This document shows positions 28,056-38,417 of a stretch of 64,000 nt of DNA, one piece after another; position 1 is the stretch's first letter, and each line of letters starts with the position of its first letter. The stretch lies in contig JBILKR010000001.1 of the NCBI GenBank assembly GCA_044376575.1, positions 109,492 through 173,491 of the forward strand, in the 5' to 3' direction. The translations under genes and the position numbers were made by a program. Below the pieces are notes generated by a model. That model saw only the letters and a list, made by a program, of their open reading frames with translations, ran no database searches and had not been told where the DNA came from. The DNA comes from Flavobacteriales bacterium (GTDB taxonomy: Bacteria; Bacteroidota; Bacteroidia; CAIKAF01).

Positions 28056-28951
28056 AGATTAAACAGTATGATTAATTGAACAATCGGTAAATAAACAAAT
28101 GAAGCAAACATAAGTTGTGTTGCCGATTTCATATCTAATTTTAAAAATAAAAATATAGCAGGTATTAGAAAAGCAATAGATGAAATTAATATTAAAATTC
28201 CCGACGTTAAATTAATTATTCCAAATAGCCAGGGAAGGATGCTAATAGGGATCAATACAATATTATACAATAGAATTTGCTGGGCATTTTGTTTGGAATG
28301 ACCTGTGGGGAACGGAAGCAGATTGAAGCCCGCTTTTTTGTAGTCATCATCTAATTTCCAGGCAATCGCCCAAAAGTGGGGGAACTGCCAGATAAACTGA
28401 ATGGCAAATAAAAGCAATGCCATGTATGATATGTTTTCTGTGGCAGCAACACACCCTAACAATGGAGGAAGAGCACCCGGAATGGCTCCGATAAATACAG
28501 CAATCGGACTGATTTTTTTTAATGGCGTATAAAAAAACGCATAGATAATTAATGATCCCAGACTTAATAATGTGCACAACAGGTTGGTGTAAATTAATAG
28601 AATTGCAGTACCCGATGAAATAAATATTCCCACTAAAATATATGCCTGGTATAAACTCATTTTTTGTTTAGGCAACGGTCTTTCTTGTGTTCTTTTCATC
28701 AACGCATCAGAAGCCCTCTCGAAAATCTGATTTAACCCATTAGATGCAGAAGTAATCAGCATCCCACCAATAAAAACACCGGCAAGCACAGACCATTGAA
28801 AAGAGGTGTTTTCTGAAAACTGTATTTCTATCAGATAGGCAAAGACAGCGGAAATGATTACCAACATCGATAGCCGCAATTTTGCAAAAGCTAGATAGTC
28901 TGATAAACGAAGTTTTGGGAATTTGTCTCCTACTTTTTTCTCTACACTCAC
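28052..28951 (-). CDS. cyoE: Protoheme IX farnesyltransferase (heme O synthase)
   Basis: UbiA-family motif NQIFERASDALMKRTQERPLP and about 9 TM helices. Confidence 0.85.
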   Translation of the reverse strand: MSVEKKVGDKFPKLRLSDYLAFAKLRLSMLVIISAVFAYLIEIQFSENTSFQWSVLAGVFIGGMLITSASNGLNQIFERASDALMKRTQERPLPKQKMSLYQAYILVGIFISSGTAILLIYTNLLCTLLSLGSLIIYAFFYTPLKKISPIAVFIGAIPGALPPLLGCVAATENISYMALLLFAIQFIWQFPHFWAIAWKLDDDYKKAGFNLLPFPTGHSKQNAQQILLYNIVLIPISILPWLFGIINLTSGILILISSIAFLIPAIFLFLKLDMKSATQLMFASFVYLPIVQLIILFNL

Positions 28952-29022
28952 AGCGCTGAATTCAACAATTCAAAGGTAATATTTTAAGTGATACACTCGC
29001 GTTTTGTTGAAATGATAAAAAC

Positions 29023-29055
29023 AAAAAAAGCATCTCTTTTAAAGAGATGCTTTTT
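29023..29055. terminator. Bidirectional hairpin terminator downstream of tRNA-Gln
   Basis: GCATCTCTTT/AAAGAGATGC 10-bp stem flanked by A7 and T5 runs. Confidence 0.7.
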
Positions 29056-29056
29056 G

Positions 29057-29127
29057 TTGCCCGAGATGGATTCGAACCACCACAAGCAGAACCAAAAACT
29101 GCTGTCCTGCCGTTAGACGATCGGGCA
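29057..29127 (-). tRNA. tRNA-Gln (anticodon TTG)
   Basis: Hand-folded cloverleaf of 71 nt. Acceptor is TGCCCGA/TCGGGCA with a U1-A72 pair, D stem GTCT/GGAC, anticodon stem GCAGT/TCTGC, loop TT-TTG-GT, T arm GGTGG-TTCGAAT-CCATC. There is no encoded CCA. Confidence 0.75.
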
Positions 29128-29171
29128 ATAAGAAGTGCAAAGATAATAAAATTTCATTTTTTCAAGCGATG

Positions 29172-29549
29172 CTAATTATTTTTACCAAAAAAGACAAAAA
29201 ATACTGCCATTACAAGACAAATAAAAGCGGCGATGTGATTCCATTTGATACTTTCTTCTCTGAAGAAAAAGAATGTAAATACAGTAAATACAATAAGAGT
29301 AATCACTTCCTGCATCACCTTTAATTGAATTAAACTAAATGGTCCACCGTTTTCCTTAAATCCTAATTTATTTGCAGGCACCTGAAAAACATATTCAAAT
29401 AATGCCAGACCCCAACTGATTAGAATAACAGAGATGAGTCCAAGTTTTGCAAACCACGAAAACTCTTTGAATTTGAGATGACCATACCATGCAAGGGTCA
29501 TGAACACATTTGAAATGATAAGCAATAGAATGGTATATATTACTTTCAT
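29172..29549 (-). CDS. DMT-superfamily small membrane protein (DUF486-like)
   Basis: 125 aa with four TM helices and an N-terminal SNVFMTLAWYGHLKFK. Confidence 0.55.
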   Translation of the reverse strand: MKVIYTILLLIISNVFMTLAWYGHLKFKEFSWFAKLGLISVILISWGLALFEYVFQVPANKLGFKENGGPFSLIQLKVMQEVITLIVFTVFTFFFFREESIKWNHIAAFICLVMAVFFVFFGKNN

Positions 29550-29573
29550 GACGAAAGCTTGATAAAAATATCT

Positions 29574-30455
29574 TTATCCTTTCAAGGCATCTGCACCGGC
29601 AACAATTTCTAAAATTTCATTCGTAATGGCAGCCTGACGTGCTTTATTATAACTTAATTTTAGATTCTTAAGCAATTCAGAGGCATTATCTGTTGCCTTG
29701 TGCATTGCGGTCATTCTTGCGCCGTGTTCTGCGGCATGAGAATCTAGCAGAACTTTAAAAAACTGCATTTTTAATGACAGAGGAATAAGATTTTCAATGA
29801 TTTCTGATTTGCTTGGCTCAAAAATATATTCTTGTGTTGCGGTATTGTCTTGTATATTCTGCGGCGGTAAAACCGGTAAGAATTGTTCATTTGAAACAAT
29901 CTGTGTTCCTGCAGATTTGAATAAATTATAGATAAAATCAACGCGATCAACTTTCCCTTCTGTAAACAGTTTCATTACACGTTCTGCAACTGTAACTGTG
30001 TTTTCAAAAGAAAGCTCTCCAAATAATTCATCGTGAGATGATATATGAGTGATGCCTGTTTTTTTGCTGAAGTAAGCCGTTGCTTTTTTACCAACTGTGA
30101 TTACAGAAACTCCTCCTGCATTATATTGTGCCGCATATTCATTTTCAATTAAACTATTAGCTTTTTTAATAACGTTAGCATTGAATGCGCCGCAGAGCCC
30201 ACGATTTGATGTTACAACCACCAATAAAACATTTTTAATTTCCCTTTGCTGAGCATACGCCCCTTCAGAAGCATCAATGGTTTGACTTAGATTAGATAAA
30301 ATCTCTTTTAATTTATTCGCATACGGCCTCATTTTAATGATGGCATCCTGCGCTTTTTTCAACTTCGCAGCACTTACCAGTTTCATCGCACTGGTAATTT
30401 GCTTTGTTGAGTTGACAGAGCTAATTCTATTTCTTACTTCTTTAAGATTTGGCAT
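29574..30455 (-). CDS. atpG: F0F1 ATP synthase subunit gamma
   Basis: Starts MPNLKEVRNRISSVNSTKQITSAMKLVSAAKLKKAQ and ends ITNEILEIVAGADALKG. Confidence 0.95.
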   Translation of the reverse strand: MPNLKEVRNRISSVNSTKQITSAMKLVSAAKLKKAQDAIIKMRPYANKLKEILSNLSQTIDASEGAYAQQREIKNVLLVVVTSNRGLCGAFNANVIKKANSLIENEYAAQYNAGGVSVITVGKKATAYFSKKTGITHISSHDELFGELSFENTVTVAERVMKLFTEGKVDRVDFIYNLFKSAGTQIVSNEQFLPVLPPQNIQDNTATQEYIFEPSKSEIIENLIPLSLKMQFFKVLLDSHAAEHGARMTAMHKATDNASELLKNLKLSYNKARQAAITNEILEIVAGADALKG

Positions 30456-30473
30456 TGTACAGTATAATTTTGC

Positions 30474-32048
30474 TTAAAAACGTTTGGCCACATCAGTAGC
30501 GACACGATCTAACACAGCGGTAATTTCATCATTATATTCTCCTTTTCGCAAGCGCTCAAGCACGTCTTTATGAGAGACTTCAAGTTCACTAATGTAAGCT
30601 GCTTCATATTCTTTAACCTTGTTTACAGGTACAGAACGCAATAGGTTTTTTGTTCCTGCATAGATTATTGCAATTTGCTTCTCAACACTAACAGGAGAAT
30701 ATTGTCCTTGTTTTAGGATTTCCACGTTGCGCGCACCTTTATCAAGAATAGATTTTGTTGCAGCGTCTAGGTCTGACCCGAACTTAGCAAATGCCTCCAA
30801 CTCGCGGTACTGAGCCTGATCAAGCTTTAGCGTACCGGCCACTTTTTTCATGGATTTGATTTGGGCATTTCCTCCTACACGTGATACGGAGATACCAACG
30901 TTAATGGCAGGACGCACACCCGCATTGAACAGGTTTGATTCAAGGAATATCTGTCCGTCTGTAATTGAAATTACGTTTGTAGGAATGTATGCAGAAACGT
31001 CTCCTGCTTGTGTTTCAATGATTGGAAGCGCAGTTAGAGATCCGCCACCTTTTACTTTTCCTTTCAGGGAAACAGGAAGATCGTTCATATTCGCAGCAAT
31101 CGCATCATTTGAAATTACTTTCGCAGCTCTTTCAAGCAAGCGGCTGTGTAAGTAAAATACATCACCGGGATAAGCTTCGCGTCCGGGTGGACGACGTAAT
31201 AATAATGACACCTCGCGGTATGCAACTGCTTGTTTTGAAAGGTCATCAAATACAATCAACGCCGGTCTTCCGGTATCACGGAAATACTCACCGATGGCCG
31301 CGCCCGCAAAAGGAGCGTAGAACTGCATAGGCGCAGGATCTGCCGCAGACGCAGACACGATAATTGTATAAGGCATCGCACCTGCTTTTTCAAGCGTATT
31401 TGCAATAGCTGCTACAGTAGAACTTTTTTGACCTACAGCAACATATATACAATATACTGGTTCTCCGCGATCAAAAAATTCTTTTTGATTTATGATGGTG
31501 TCAATAGCAACCGCTGTTTTTCCGGTTTGACGGTCTCCGATAATTAATTCGCGCTGACCTCTTCCGATTGGAATCATTGCGTCAATGGCTTTGATACCGG
31601 TTTGTAGAGGCTCGTTTACAGGTTGTCTGTAAATAACTCCCGGGGCTTTTCTTTCTAAAGGCATTTCCAACAATTCACCGGAAACAGGTCCTTTTCCGTC
31701 TATCGTTTCACCAAGCGTATTGATTACACGTCCGGCCAAACCATCACCAACGCGAATAGAAGCAATACGTCTAGTTCTTTTAACTGTATCTCCTTCTTTA
31801 ATGTCTCTTGCTTCGCCAAGCAATACCACACCAACGTTGTCTTCTTCCAGGTTTAATACAATCCCCTTTAACCCGTTATGAAACTCAACAAGCTCTCCGG
31901 CTTCAACATTGTTCAATCCGTAAACCCTTGCCACCCCGTCTCCAATTTGAAGAACAGTGCCAACCTCTTGTATGTCTGCGCCGGTTTTAAGTCCGGATAA
32001 TTGTTCCTTTAAGATTGCGGTTACTTCTGCCGCTTTAATTTCTGCCAT
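30474..32048 (-). CDS. atpA: F0F1 ATP synthase subunit alpha
   Basis: Walker A GDRQTGKT plus overall canonical alpha-subunit sequence. Confidence 0.97.
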   Translation of the reverse strand: MAEIKAAEVTAILKEQLSGLKTGADIQEVGTVLQIGDGVARVYGLNNVEAGELVEFHNGLKGIVLNLEEDNVGVVLLGEARDIKEGDTVKRTRRIASIRVGDGLAGRVINTLGETIDGKGPVSGELLEMPLERKAPGVIYRQPVNEPLQTGIKAIDAMIPIGRGQRELIIGDRQTGKTAVAIDTIINQKEFFDRGEPVYCIYVAVGQKSSTVAAIANTLEKAGAMPYTIIVSASAADPAPMQFYAPFAGAAIGEYFRDTGRPALIVFDDLSKQAVAYREVSLLLRRPPGREAYPGDVFYLHSRLLERAAKVISNDAIAANMNDLPVSLKGKVKGGGSLTALPIIETQAGDVSAYIPTNVISITDGQIFLESNLFNAGVRPAINVGISVSRVGGNAQIKSMKKVAGTLKLDQAQYRELEAFAKFGSDLDAATKSILDKGARNVEILKQGQYSPVSVEKQIAIIYAGTKNLLRSVPVNKVKEYEAAYISELEVSHKDVLERLRKGEYNDEITAVLDRVATDVAKRF

Positions 32049-32075
32049 GGTTTATCTTTTTATTCTCTTTTGTTA

Positions 32076-32648
32076 TTAAAATTCTTTTTCGTATAAATTT
32101 TCGCTGAACGCCTGACGAAGCTGGTTGAATTTGCTTGAAAAACTCGCATCCACCTGTCGGTCGTCAACCTGTACAATTAATCCACCAATAATACTTTTAT
32201 CAACTTTTTCTATCAATTCAAATGAAGACGCTTTTGCATATTCATTGTTATGCTTTACAATTTCAATGATTTGATTTTTTACATCTGAACTCAGAGGTGC
32301 AGCAGAAGTTACATAAATAGAAAGCACACCTTTAAGTTTTTTGTAATGACTGATAAATGCATTTGCAATATCTCCCAGGTAATACTCTCTTCTGGCTGAG
32401 GCTATTTTTTTTATGAAAGCAAGTGTTAAGTCTGTTGTTTTACCAGCAAACATTTTTTCAAGAATCGCTATTTTAGTCAATACGTTGATAACCGGACTTT
32501 TCAGAAACGATCGAAATTCTGCCTCAGACCGGTAAGTTTCTGCAATTCCTGTCATGTCTTTGTATAACGCATCAAGGCTTCCTGATTCAGCAGAAAGAGC
32601 TGCCAAAGACTGGGCATAACGAAGAGCGACTGTAGGATAGCGGTTCAT
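32076..32648 (-). CDS. atpH: F0F1 ATP synthase subunit delta (OSCP)
   Basis: ALRYAQSLAAL start, 190 aa, positioned between atpF and atpA. Confidence 0.85.
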   Translation of the reverse strand: MNRYPTVALRYAQSLAALSAESGSLDALYKDMTGIAETYRSEAEFRSFLKSPVINVLTKIAILEKMFAGKTTDLTLAFIKKIASARREYYLGDIANAFISHYKKLKGVLSIYVTSAAPLSSDVKNQIIEIVKHNNEYAKASSFELIEKVDKSIIGGLIVQVDDRQVDASFSSKFNQLRQAFSENLYEKEF

Positions 32649-32652
32649 ATCA

Positions 32653-33147
32653 TTAATTAAGTTTAATGTCTTTGATAATGTTTTCTACAGACTCTTTCTG
32701 TTTAGCATCATCAGAAAGACGCTCTTTTAAAATTTTCTCAGCAATTTCTATAGAAAGCTGAGCTACTTGATTTCTCAGGTCGGTCATTACTTTCATTTTC
32801 TCATTATGAATACTTTCCTGAGCTGCAGCTACAACTTTAGCAGCTTCTTGGGTTGCAGTTGATTTTGCGTCTGCGATTAATTTTTCTCTGATTTCTCTGG
32901 CTTCTTTAAGAATTTCGTCTCGCTCTTTTTTTGCCTGAGTAAGTAGTGCTTCATTTTCAGACTTCAGAGAACTTAATTTTTTTTCAGCGGCAGCAGCAGC
33001 GTTAAGCGCGTTGTTAATCGATTCTTCTCTGGACTTAATGGCTCCGATTATTGGCTTCCACGCAAACTTGGCAAGCAGGAATAATAGGATGAAGAATGAA
33101 AGCATCATCCAAAAAACAAGACCTACACTGGGGTTTAGCAATTCCAT
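32653..33147 (-). CDS. atpF: F0F1 ATP synthase subunit b
   Basis: N-terminal TM helix followed by a long charged helix. Motif is FAWKPIIGAIKSREESI. Confidence 0.85.
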   Translation of the reverse strand: MELLNPSVGLVFWMMLSFFILLFLLAKFAWKPIIGAIKSREESINNALNAAAAAEKKLSSLKSENEALLTQAKKERDEILKEAREIREKLIADAKSTATQEAAKVVAAAQESIHNEKMKVMTDLRNQVAQLSIEIAEKILKERLSDDAKQKESVENIIKDIKLN

Positions 33148-33179
33148 TTGATATATACTTTTAAATTAAATTTTAAAAA

Positions 33180-33213
33180 CAGGGCTGATATGCCAACCGC
33201 ATATGCAGCCCTG
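33180..33213 (-). promoter_or_regulatory. Strong intra-operon stem-loop between atpE and atpF
   Basis: CAGGGCTG-ATATGC...GCATAT-(G)-CAGCCCTG gives about 14 bp of pairing with one bulge, immediately 3' of atpE. Confidence 0.5.
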
Positions 33214-33219
33214 AAAGTT

Positions 33220-33474
<255 letters not shown>

Positions 33475-33498
33475 TTATAATTGATTAATAAATCCAAA

Positions 33499-34644
33499 TT
33501 AATGATGTGCTGTTTCGTGCCCGTGATCTTCATGTCCATGTCCTTCTTCTACTGCCTGCCCGATCATTTGAGCCGTCAACAACGTAAAAATATATGCCTG
33601 TATCGCAGCTACCAGTAACTCGAGGGTAAACATCGCAACAGAGAACACCGATGTTACCACCCCAACCGCATAACTTTGTGCGATAAATGTTATTCCAATA
33701 ATACTCATGATAATAATGTGTCCTGCAGTGATATTTGCAAAAAGACGAATCATTAATGAGAATGGCTTGGTAAGGATACCGATCAATTCAATCGGAACCA
33801 AAATTACTTTTACAATAAACGGCACACCCGGGGGATTGATGATGTGCAGCCAGAAATGCTTGCTTCCGTTTAATACTACAATCATCAGCGACAAGAAGGC
33901 CAGCGAAAGGGTGATCGCTATATTTCCTGTAACATTCGCACTCCCTGGAAAAATTGGAATCAATCCAATTAAATTATTTATCCAGATAAAGAAGAATAAA
34001 GTTAACAGGTAGGGAAGAAATTTTGCATATTTCTTTTCTCCAACAAAAGGTCTTGCAATTTCGTCCTGCACAAATAAAATGATAGGCTCCATGGCCCCCT
34101 GTAGACCGCGAGGCGCAACACCTGGATTTTGTTTGTATTTTGACGCAACGCTGAAAAAGATTAAAAGAAGGAGTGATGTTGCCAGTAATAATCCAAATAC
34201 ATTTTTGGTGATAGAGAAATTATAAAACACATGGTGATTGCCGGAAAAAACGTCACCCAACGTTGCTTCATGCTTTCCTATGGGATGTCCTAGTTCATCA
34301 TTTTTTATGTGGCCGTGCTCATCAAGTTCAGGAATAAAAAGTTTGCCATGATGATAATAATATTTGCCTTTGGATAAATGGTTTTCATCGGCATGATGGA
34401 ACTCACTGGACATAAAAAAGTCCCATCCAGAGCCGGACTCATAAATAATTACAGGCAGCGGAACATGAACATCACCAAATATGTGAAACTGATAATCATC
34501 CGAAATGTGATGGGTGATAAAACCGCTCAGATCAAATTTTTCATTTGAAGACGAGTCTGCCGCCTTTAAATTTTGTACCGACATTGCCAGGAATAAAACG
34601 GCAATGATAAATTGGTATATTGAAAATTGCAGAGAAAACTTCAT
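33499..34644 (-). CDS. atpB: F0F1 ATP synthase subunit a (with a long N-terminal extension)
   Basis: Essential Arg motif is SLMIRLFANITAGH. Ends in a His-rich tail HGHEDHGHETAHH. Confidence 0.9.
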   Translation of the reverse strand: MKFSLQFSIYQFIIAVLFLAMSVQNLKAADSSSNEKFDLSGFITHHISDDYQFHIFGDVHVPLPVIIYESGSGWDFFMSSEFHHADENHLSKGKYYYHHGKLFIPELDEHGHIKNDELGHPIGKHEATLGDVFSGNHHVFYNFSITKNVFGLLLATSLLLLIFFSVASKYKQNPGVAPRGLQGAMEPIILFVQDEIARPFVGEKKYAKFLPYLLTLFFFIWINNLIGLIPIFPGSANVTGNIAITLSLAFLSLMIVVLNGSKHFWLHIINPPGVPFIVKVILVPIELIGILTKPFSLMIRLFANITAGHIIIMSIIGITFIAQSYAVGVVTSVFSVAMFTLELLVAAIQAYIFTLLTAQMIGQAVEEGHGHEDHGHETAHH

Positions 34645-34675
34645 ATCTAAACCCAGCCTCAGTTATTTGTGGTCG

Positions 34676-34683
34676 CAAAAGTA
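34676..34683 (-). promoter_or_regulatory. Candidate -7 box (TAnnTTTG) upstream of atpB
   Basis: The minus strand reads TACTTTTG, ending about 31 nt upstream of the atpB ATG. Confidence 0.3.
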
Positions 34684-34763
34684 GCAAAATCACATATAAA
34701 TAAAAATTTATCTGGCTAATTTTTAAGGAGCGTTTTTAAAAACAAACCAAGGCTTGATTTCAA

Positions 34764-35156
34764 TTATTGTTTTCCTCTCATCAGTGGGCGCAAAAACAGA
34801 ATTTCAAAAAGGGTATAAACAACATAGCACCCAAAGAAAACCATGACAAATGAAATCGACAAACCCTGATATCCCAAAAACATCACCGCCAGAAAAATCA
34901 GATACGACAACATTTTAAAAGACATGGCTCCAAGAAAGTAATTCAGGAATTTTTTAGGGTCGCGGGTAAGCGCACGAAGAAGTAAAAAATGTGAAAGCGT
35001 GGTAATAATATAAAAAGCCGGAATGATATACATTGCGTTGTTTGGCAACAGATCTTTAAAAGCAAAATAAATACCAAGCAAAAAAATTGTCAGTAAACTG
35101 ATATAAATAAAATAATTAGAAGGGTTTTTTTTCATGGTTGTCTCTTTTTTCTCCAT
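34764..35156 (-). CDS. Small four-TM membrane protein (ATP synthase protein I-like position)
   Basis: 130 aa and hydrophobic. It sits between the AtpZ-like gene and atpB, with a 1-nt stop/start overlap with the upstream gene. Confidence 0.4.
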   Translation of the reverse strand: MEKKETTMKKNPSNYFIYISLLTIFLLGIYFAFKDLLPNNAMYIIPAFYIITTLSHFLLLRALTRDPKKFLNYFLGAMSFKMLSYLIFLAVMFLGYQGLSISFVMVFFGCYVVYTLFEILFLRPLMRGKQ

Positions 35157-35359
35157 TACTTCTTTTTTATAAAATCTTTAATAATTAAACCCATGGCCAA
35201 CAATACGGAAATCAAAGAAAAAAACACGGTAAAGGTTTTTTTTTCGGGATTCCATTTTTTATCGGCCCACGAACCCAGAGCCACGCCGGCGCCAATAATG
35301 GCAAGCATTTGAAATGCAATGCCGGTATATTTTAGGTAGTCATTTCCTGGTTTTTTCAT
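35156..35359 (-). CDS. AtpZ/AtpI family protein
   Basis: 67 aa with two TM helices. Motif is YLKYTGIAFQMLAIIGAGVALGSWADKKW. Confidence 0.65.
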   Translation of the reverse strand: MKKPGNDYLKYTGIAFQMLAIIGAGVALGSWADKKWNPEKKTFTVFFSLISVLLAMGLIIKDFIKKK

Positions 35360-35369
35360 GAGACTTTTA

Positions 35370-35759
35370 TCAAGAGCCTTGTTGTGATGTTGTCATGTTA
35401 CAGTTTCCGTTAAATTCGCACCCAGCCTCAATAGCAAGGGATCCGGTTTGTAAATTTCCAAGCAGTTTTCCGCCAGTGCGAATACTTGTTTTTTCGGATG
35501 CAACCACCCGCCCCTCTACACGACCCAGAATATCTACATTTGTTCCTGTAACATCGCCTTTTACGATGCTTGATTTTCCAATCACCACCTTTCCGGAGCA
35601 ATCAATGTTGCCGCTAATATTTCCGTCAATTCTGATATTTCCATTGCAACGGATGTTGCCGATAATTTCAGTGCCGGCATTAATTTGATTAGGTGAAACG
35701 GATTCTTGTTGAACAGGAGTTTTAGACATGGCCATTTTTTTATGGTGTATAATTTTCAC
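35370..35759 (-). CDS. Bactofilin (polymer-forming cytoskeletal protein, DUF583)
   Basis: Beta-helical repeats IIGNIRCNGNIRIDGNISGNIDCSGKVVIGKSSIVKGDVTGTNVDILGRVEG. Confidence 0.8.
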   Translation of the reverse strand: MKIIHHKKMAMSKTPVQQESVSPNQINAGTEIIGNIRCNGNIRIDGNISGNIDCSGKVVIGKSSIVKGDVTGTNVDILGRVEGRVVASEKTSIRTGGKLLGNLQTGSLAIEAGCEFNGNCNMTTSQQGS

Positions 35760-38334
35760 TGTAGAATTTAAGGTAATTATTTACATCCTGATTTTTAAAT
35801 AAAAGCGTGTAATTGGAAATGGAGATTGCAAAGACACTTGTTCCTGATCCGAGAGCCAATTGATCTGCCACCCCTTTTTTATTAAAAACGGATAAATAAT
35901 TCATAGATTCATTTTTGTTTTTGAACCGTCTGATCAAAAGTACTTGTTGCTGTGTGCCAAGCAAAGAGGTTGTTACGCTGAGATTGTTGTTTGAAAATTC
36001 CAGGTCATTAAACGCTGTAATTTTTTTGGTTGCCCCCGACACATTTACTTTAATGGTTGGCACAATGATGGCAACGAAATGTTCTTCATTTTCTCCAAAC
36101 GTATAATTATCTGCTTTTTTTTCAGGTGTTTCATTTTCTTTTTGATTCGGGGTTGTCTCTGTTTGATTCGCAGGAATCAATAATGCAATAATTCTTTCAG
36201 CGGTTAATGCAGACTCTGTTCCTTTATATGTTTTTATGACTTCTTTTAATCGGTCAGAAAAACCATCTTTCATGCCCGACTCATAAACAGCGATTGCTTT
36301 GAGTAAAGCAAAACGATGTAGGTTAGGGCTAGACGGATAAGATGACATTGCCTGTTCGCATTTGGCGATAACGGTGCTATAAGATTTTTGAACATAGTCC
36401 TGATATGCGTTGTCGTATAATGCGAGGGCTGTATCTTTTACATCTTTGGTTGCTGCAAAATAATTTTCATTACTTAAGATCTGAGCATATTCGCTAAGTG
36501 GATATTCGCGCAGAAGGATAGATTTATAATTATTCGCCTTATCTGTATTGTTTAATGTTTTATATACAAGATAAAGTTGATAATAAGTTAGCGGGAAATG
36601 TTTATTTGTATTGTTTCTTTTAACAAGCGACTCAAACGACTCTGCTGAGCGTTCGTAATCGTTTATTTTTTCTTTATAAACAACACCTAAGTTATACAAT
36701 GCGTCCCAGATCATTTCATACGAGGCCTTTAACATCGAGTCGCTGAGGGGAATTTCTTTCAGATAGGTTGATGGGTCATAGCGAGGATTATATATCGGCT
36801 CATTGGTGGTGATTTCATTACCGACCCCGGTAGAACTTTTATTGCTTCTTCTCCAGTCGTCTTCCAGCACTCGTTCGCCCCATATTTTTTTAAATTCACT
36901 TAACCCAAATGTCATGGCTTGTTTATTATAAAAATACCAAGTGCCTCCGGTTCCGGCCTGATTGTTATTTTGAACATTGGCAGCCGGTTTGTTTTTATTT
37001 TCTTCGTCTTCCTGTTTTAATTTTTCTACATAATCTTCCAAAAACGCAATCCTGTCTTTCTCTGTCATTGAGGCAATGCGCTGCAAACTGTCCTGCAACT
37101 GAATAACCTTAATATTAAATACGACTTCTGTTAAGTTCTCTTTTAATCGAATTACATTTTCATATTCCGGATTCTCTTTCTGTAAAAAATTAGAGGTTGA
37201 ATCGTAATAGGCTTGAGCCATCTCATATTGTCGGTCTTCAAAGTAGATTTTTGCCAATGCTAAAAACGAGACTCCCTTTTGATCTTTGTTTTTGGTACTA
37301 TTTTTTGATGATAACTCAAAATTTTCAATTGCTTCTTTTTTCTTTTTTTCTTTCAGATCAATAACACCAAGCGCATAATAGATTTGGTCCATGTAATCAA
37401 TATTCTTTTCATCCTTTAGCATTTTCTTTAAAATCTTCCGAAGGTCATCTCCGCTTTGATCTTCTGAAGAAAGGGCCATATTAATTTTTGATTGGAATTC
37501 CAGTTCGTATTCCGGTCGTAGTTTTAATACCTTTGAATAATAGGCAAAACTATTGGCATTGTCTTTTAACTGCTGATAAATTTGTGCTTTTACGAAAGTA
37601 TATCTTGCTTTTTTCTTTTTTGTTTTTTCTTTTTCAATGGAGAGATCAAGGGCTTCAATGGCTTTTTCAAAATCTCCTGATTTAATTCTGTACTCCGCAA
37701 TGGAGGGCCAGTATTCCGGCTCAATTTTTTTATCCAGCGCCCCCTTGTCTATCTGACGAAGCACGCTTGTAGCCTCAGCCAATTCTCCCTTTTCTACATA
37801 GCTGCGCAACATCCAAATTCTTGCCAGTTGTTGTGTTGATTTTTTTTCGCTGTTTTCTGAAACATAGCGTAACTGACCGATTCCCATGTCGAAATCAAGT
37901 TTGAAGTAATGAGCAATACCCATCATCAGATAACAGTCGTCGATATATTTATTGTATTGTTTTCCGTTGATCAGCATGGAATGTTTTTTTATCATCAACA
38001 CTCCCTTTTTTATTGACCGGTCCCACATGGCATTTTGTTCTGACCACCCGGTTCTGCTTCCGAAATCATATACTGTGATGATTTGATTGAAGTTGTCTTT
38101 TTTGGCTTTTGACACTTCCAATATGCCATTTTTTAAGGCATCGTTTCCGTTAAAATACCCATTAAACTTGGTATTGGTGCTATGCCAAAACCGGTTAAGG
38201 AACTTATTTTTCTTAGTAGAACAAGCGGGCAAAAGAAACAAGCCGATGGCTAGCAGAAAAATGATATATGTAAGACGATGGTTCAAAATCAACACTTCAA
38301 CAAGACAAAAATAAGATAATAACTTACAGCGCAC
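35740..38334 (-). CDS. TPR-repeat lipoprotein, SprE/PorW-like (T9SS/gliding associated)
   Basis: Lipobox is LFLLPAC. N-terminal KFLNRFWHSTNTKFNGYFNG resembles the SprE/PorW N-terminal motif as I recall it. Multiple TPR-like repeats give ~860 aa. The track start is GTG; an internal TTG/GTG near 38295 would give a normal signal peptide. Confidence 0.5.
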   Translation of the reverse strand: MRCKLLSYFCLVEVLILNHRLTYIIFLLAIGLFLLPACSTKKNKFLNRFWHSTNTKFNGYFNGNDALKNGILEVSKAKKDNFNQIITVYDFGSRTGWSEQNAMWDRSIKKGVLMIKKHSMLINGKQYNKYIDDCYLMMGIAHYFKLDFDMGIGQLRYVSENSEKKSTQQLARIWMLRSYVEKGELAEATSVLRQIDKGALDKKIEPEYWPSIAEYRIKSGDFEKAIEALDLSIEKEKTKKKKARYTFVKAQIYQQLKDNANSFAYYSKVLKLRPEYELEFQSKINMALSSEDQSGDDLRKILKKMLKDEKNIDYMDQIYYALGVIDLKEKKKKEAIENFELSSKNSTKNKDQKGVSFLALAKIYFEDRQYEMAQAYYDSTSNFLQKENPEYENVIRLKENLTEVVFNIKVIQLQDSLQRIASMTEKDRIAFLEDYVEKLKQEDEENKNKPAANVQNNNQAGTGGTWYFYNKQAMTFGLSEFKKIWGERVLEDDWRRSNKSSTGVGNEITTNEPIYNPRYDPSTYLKEIPLSDSMLKASYEMIWDALYNLGVVYKEKINDYERSAESFESLVKRNNTNKHFPLTYYQLYLVYKTLNNTDKANNYKSILLREYPLSEYAQILSNENYFAATKDVKDTALALYDNAYQDYVQKSYSTVIAKCEQAMSSYPSSPNLHRFALLKAIAVYESGMKDGFSDRLKEVIKTYKGTESALTAERIIALLIPANQTETTPNQKENETPEKKADNYTFGENEEHFVAIIVPTIKVNVSGATKKITAFNDLEFSNNNLSVTTSLLGTQQQVLLIRRFKNKNESMNYLSVFNKKGVADQLALGSGTSVFAISISNYTLLFKNQDVNNYLKFYSENYTP

Positions 38335-38391
38335 AATATTATTGTGAACCCATCAACACCATTCATCATCTTTTCATATCGATCATCCTTT

Positions 38392-38399
38392 TATATTTG
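38392..38399 (+). promoter_or_regulatory. Candidate -7 box (TAnnTTTG) for the KMO gene
   Basis: TATATTTG ends 18 nt upstream of the ATG at 38418. It lies inside the track's TTG-started ORF extension. Confidence 0.4.
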
Positions 38400-38417
38400 T
38401 CAAATAAAATTCATCAA

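Noticed and set aside
28952-29171. tRNA-Gln as an integration hotspot marking a genomic island
   Set aside because: There is no integrase, no visible direct repeat of the tRNA 3' end, and both flanks are core genes (cyoE cluster and atp operon).
30850-31330. Antisense ORFs (101 and 102 aa) inside atpA, and many similar 60-125-aa track ORFs inside other genes (e.g. 1197-1425, 1774-2148, 11754-12071, 48708-49076, 50524-50848)
   Set aside because: They lie fully within well-supported, conserved genes on the opposite strand or in another frame. They have odd composition and no start context, so they look like statistical artefacts of an AT-rich genome.
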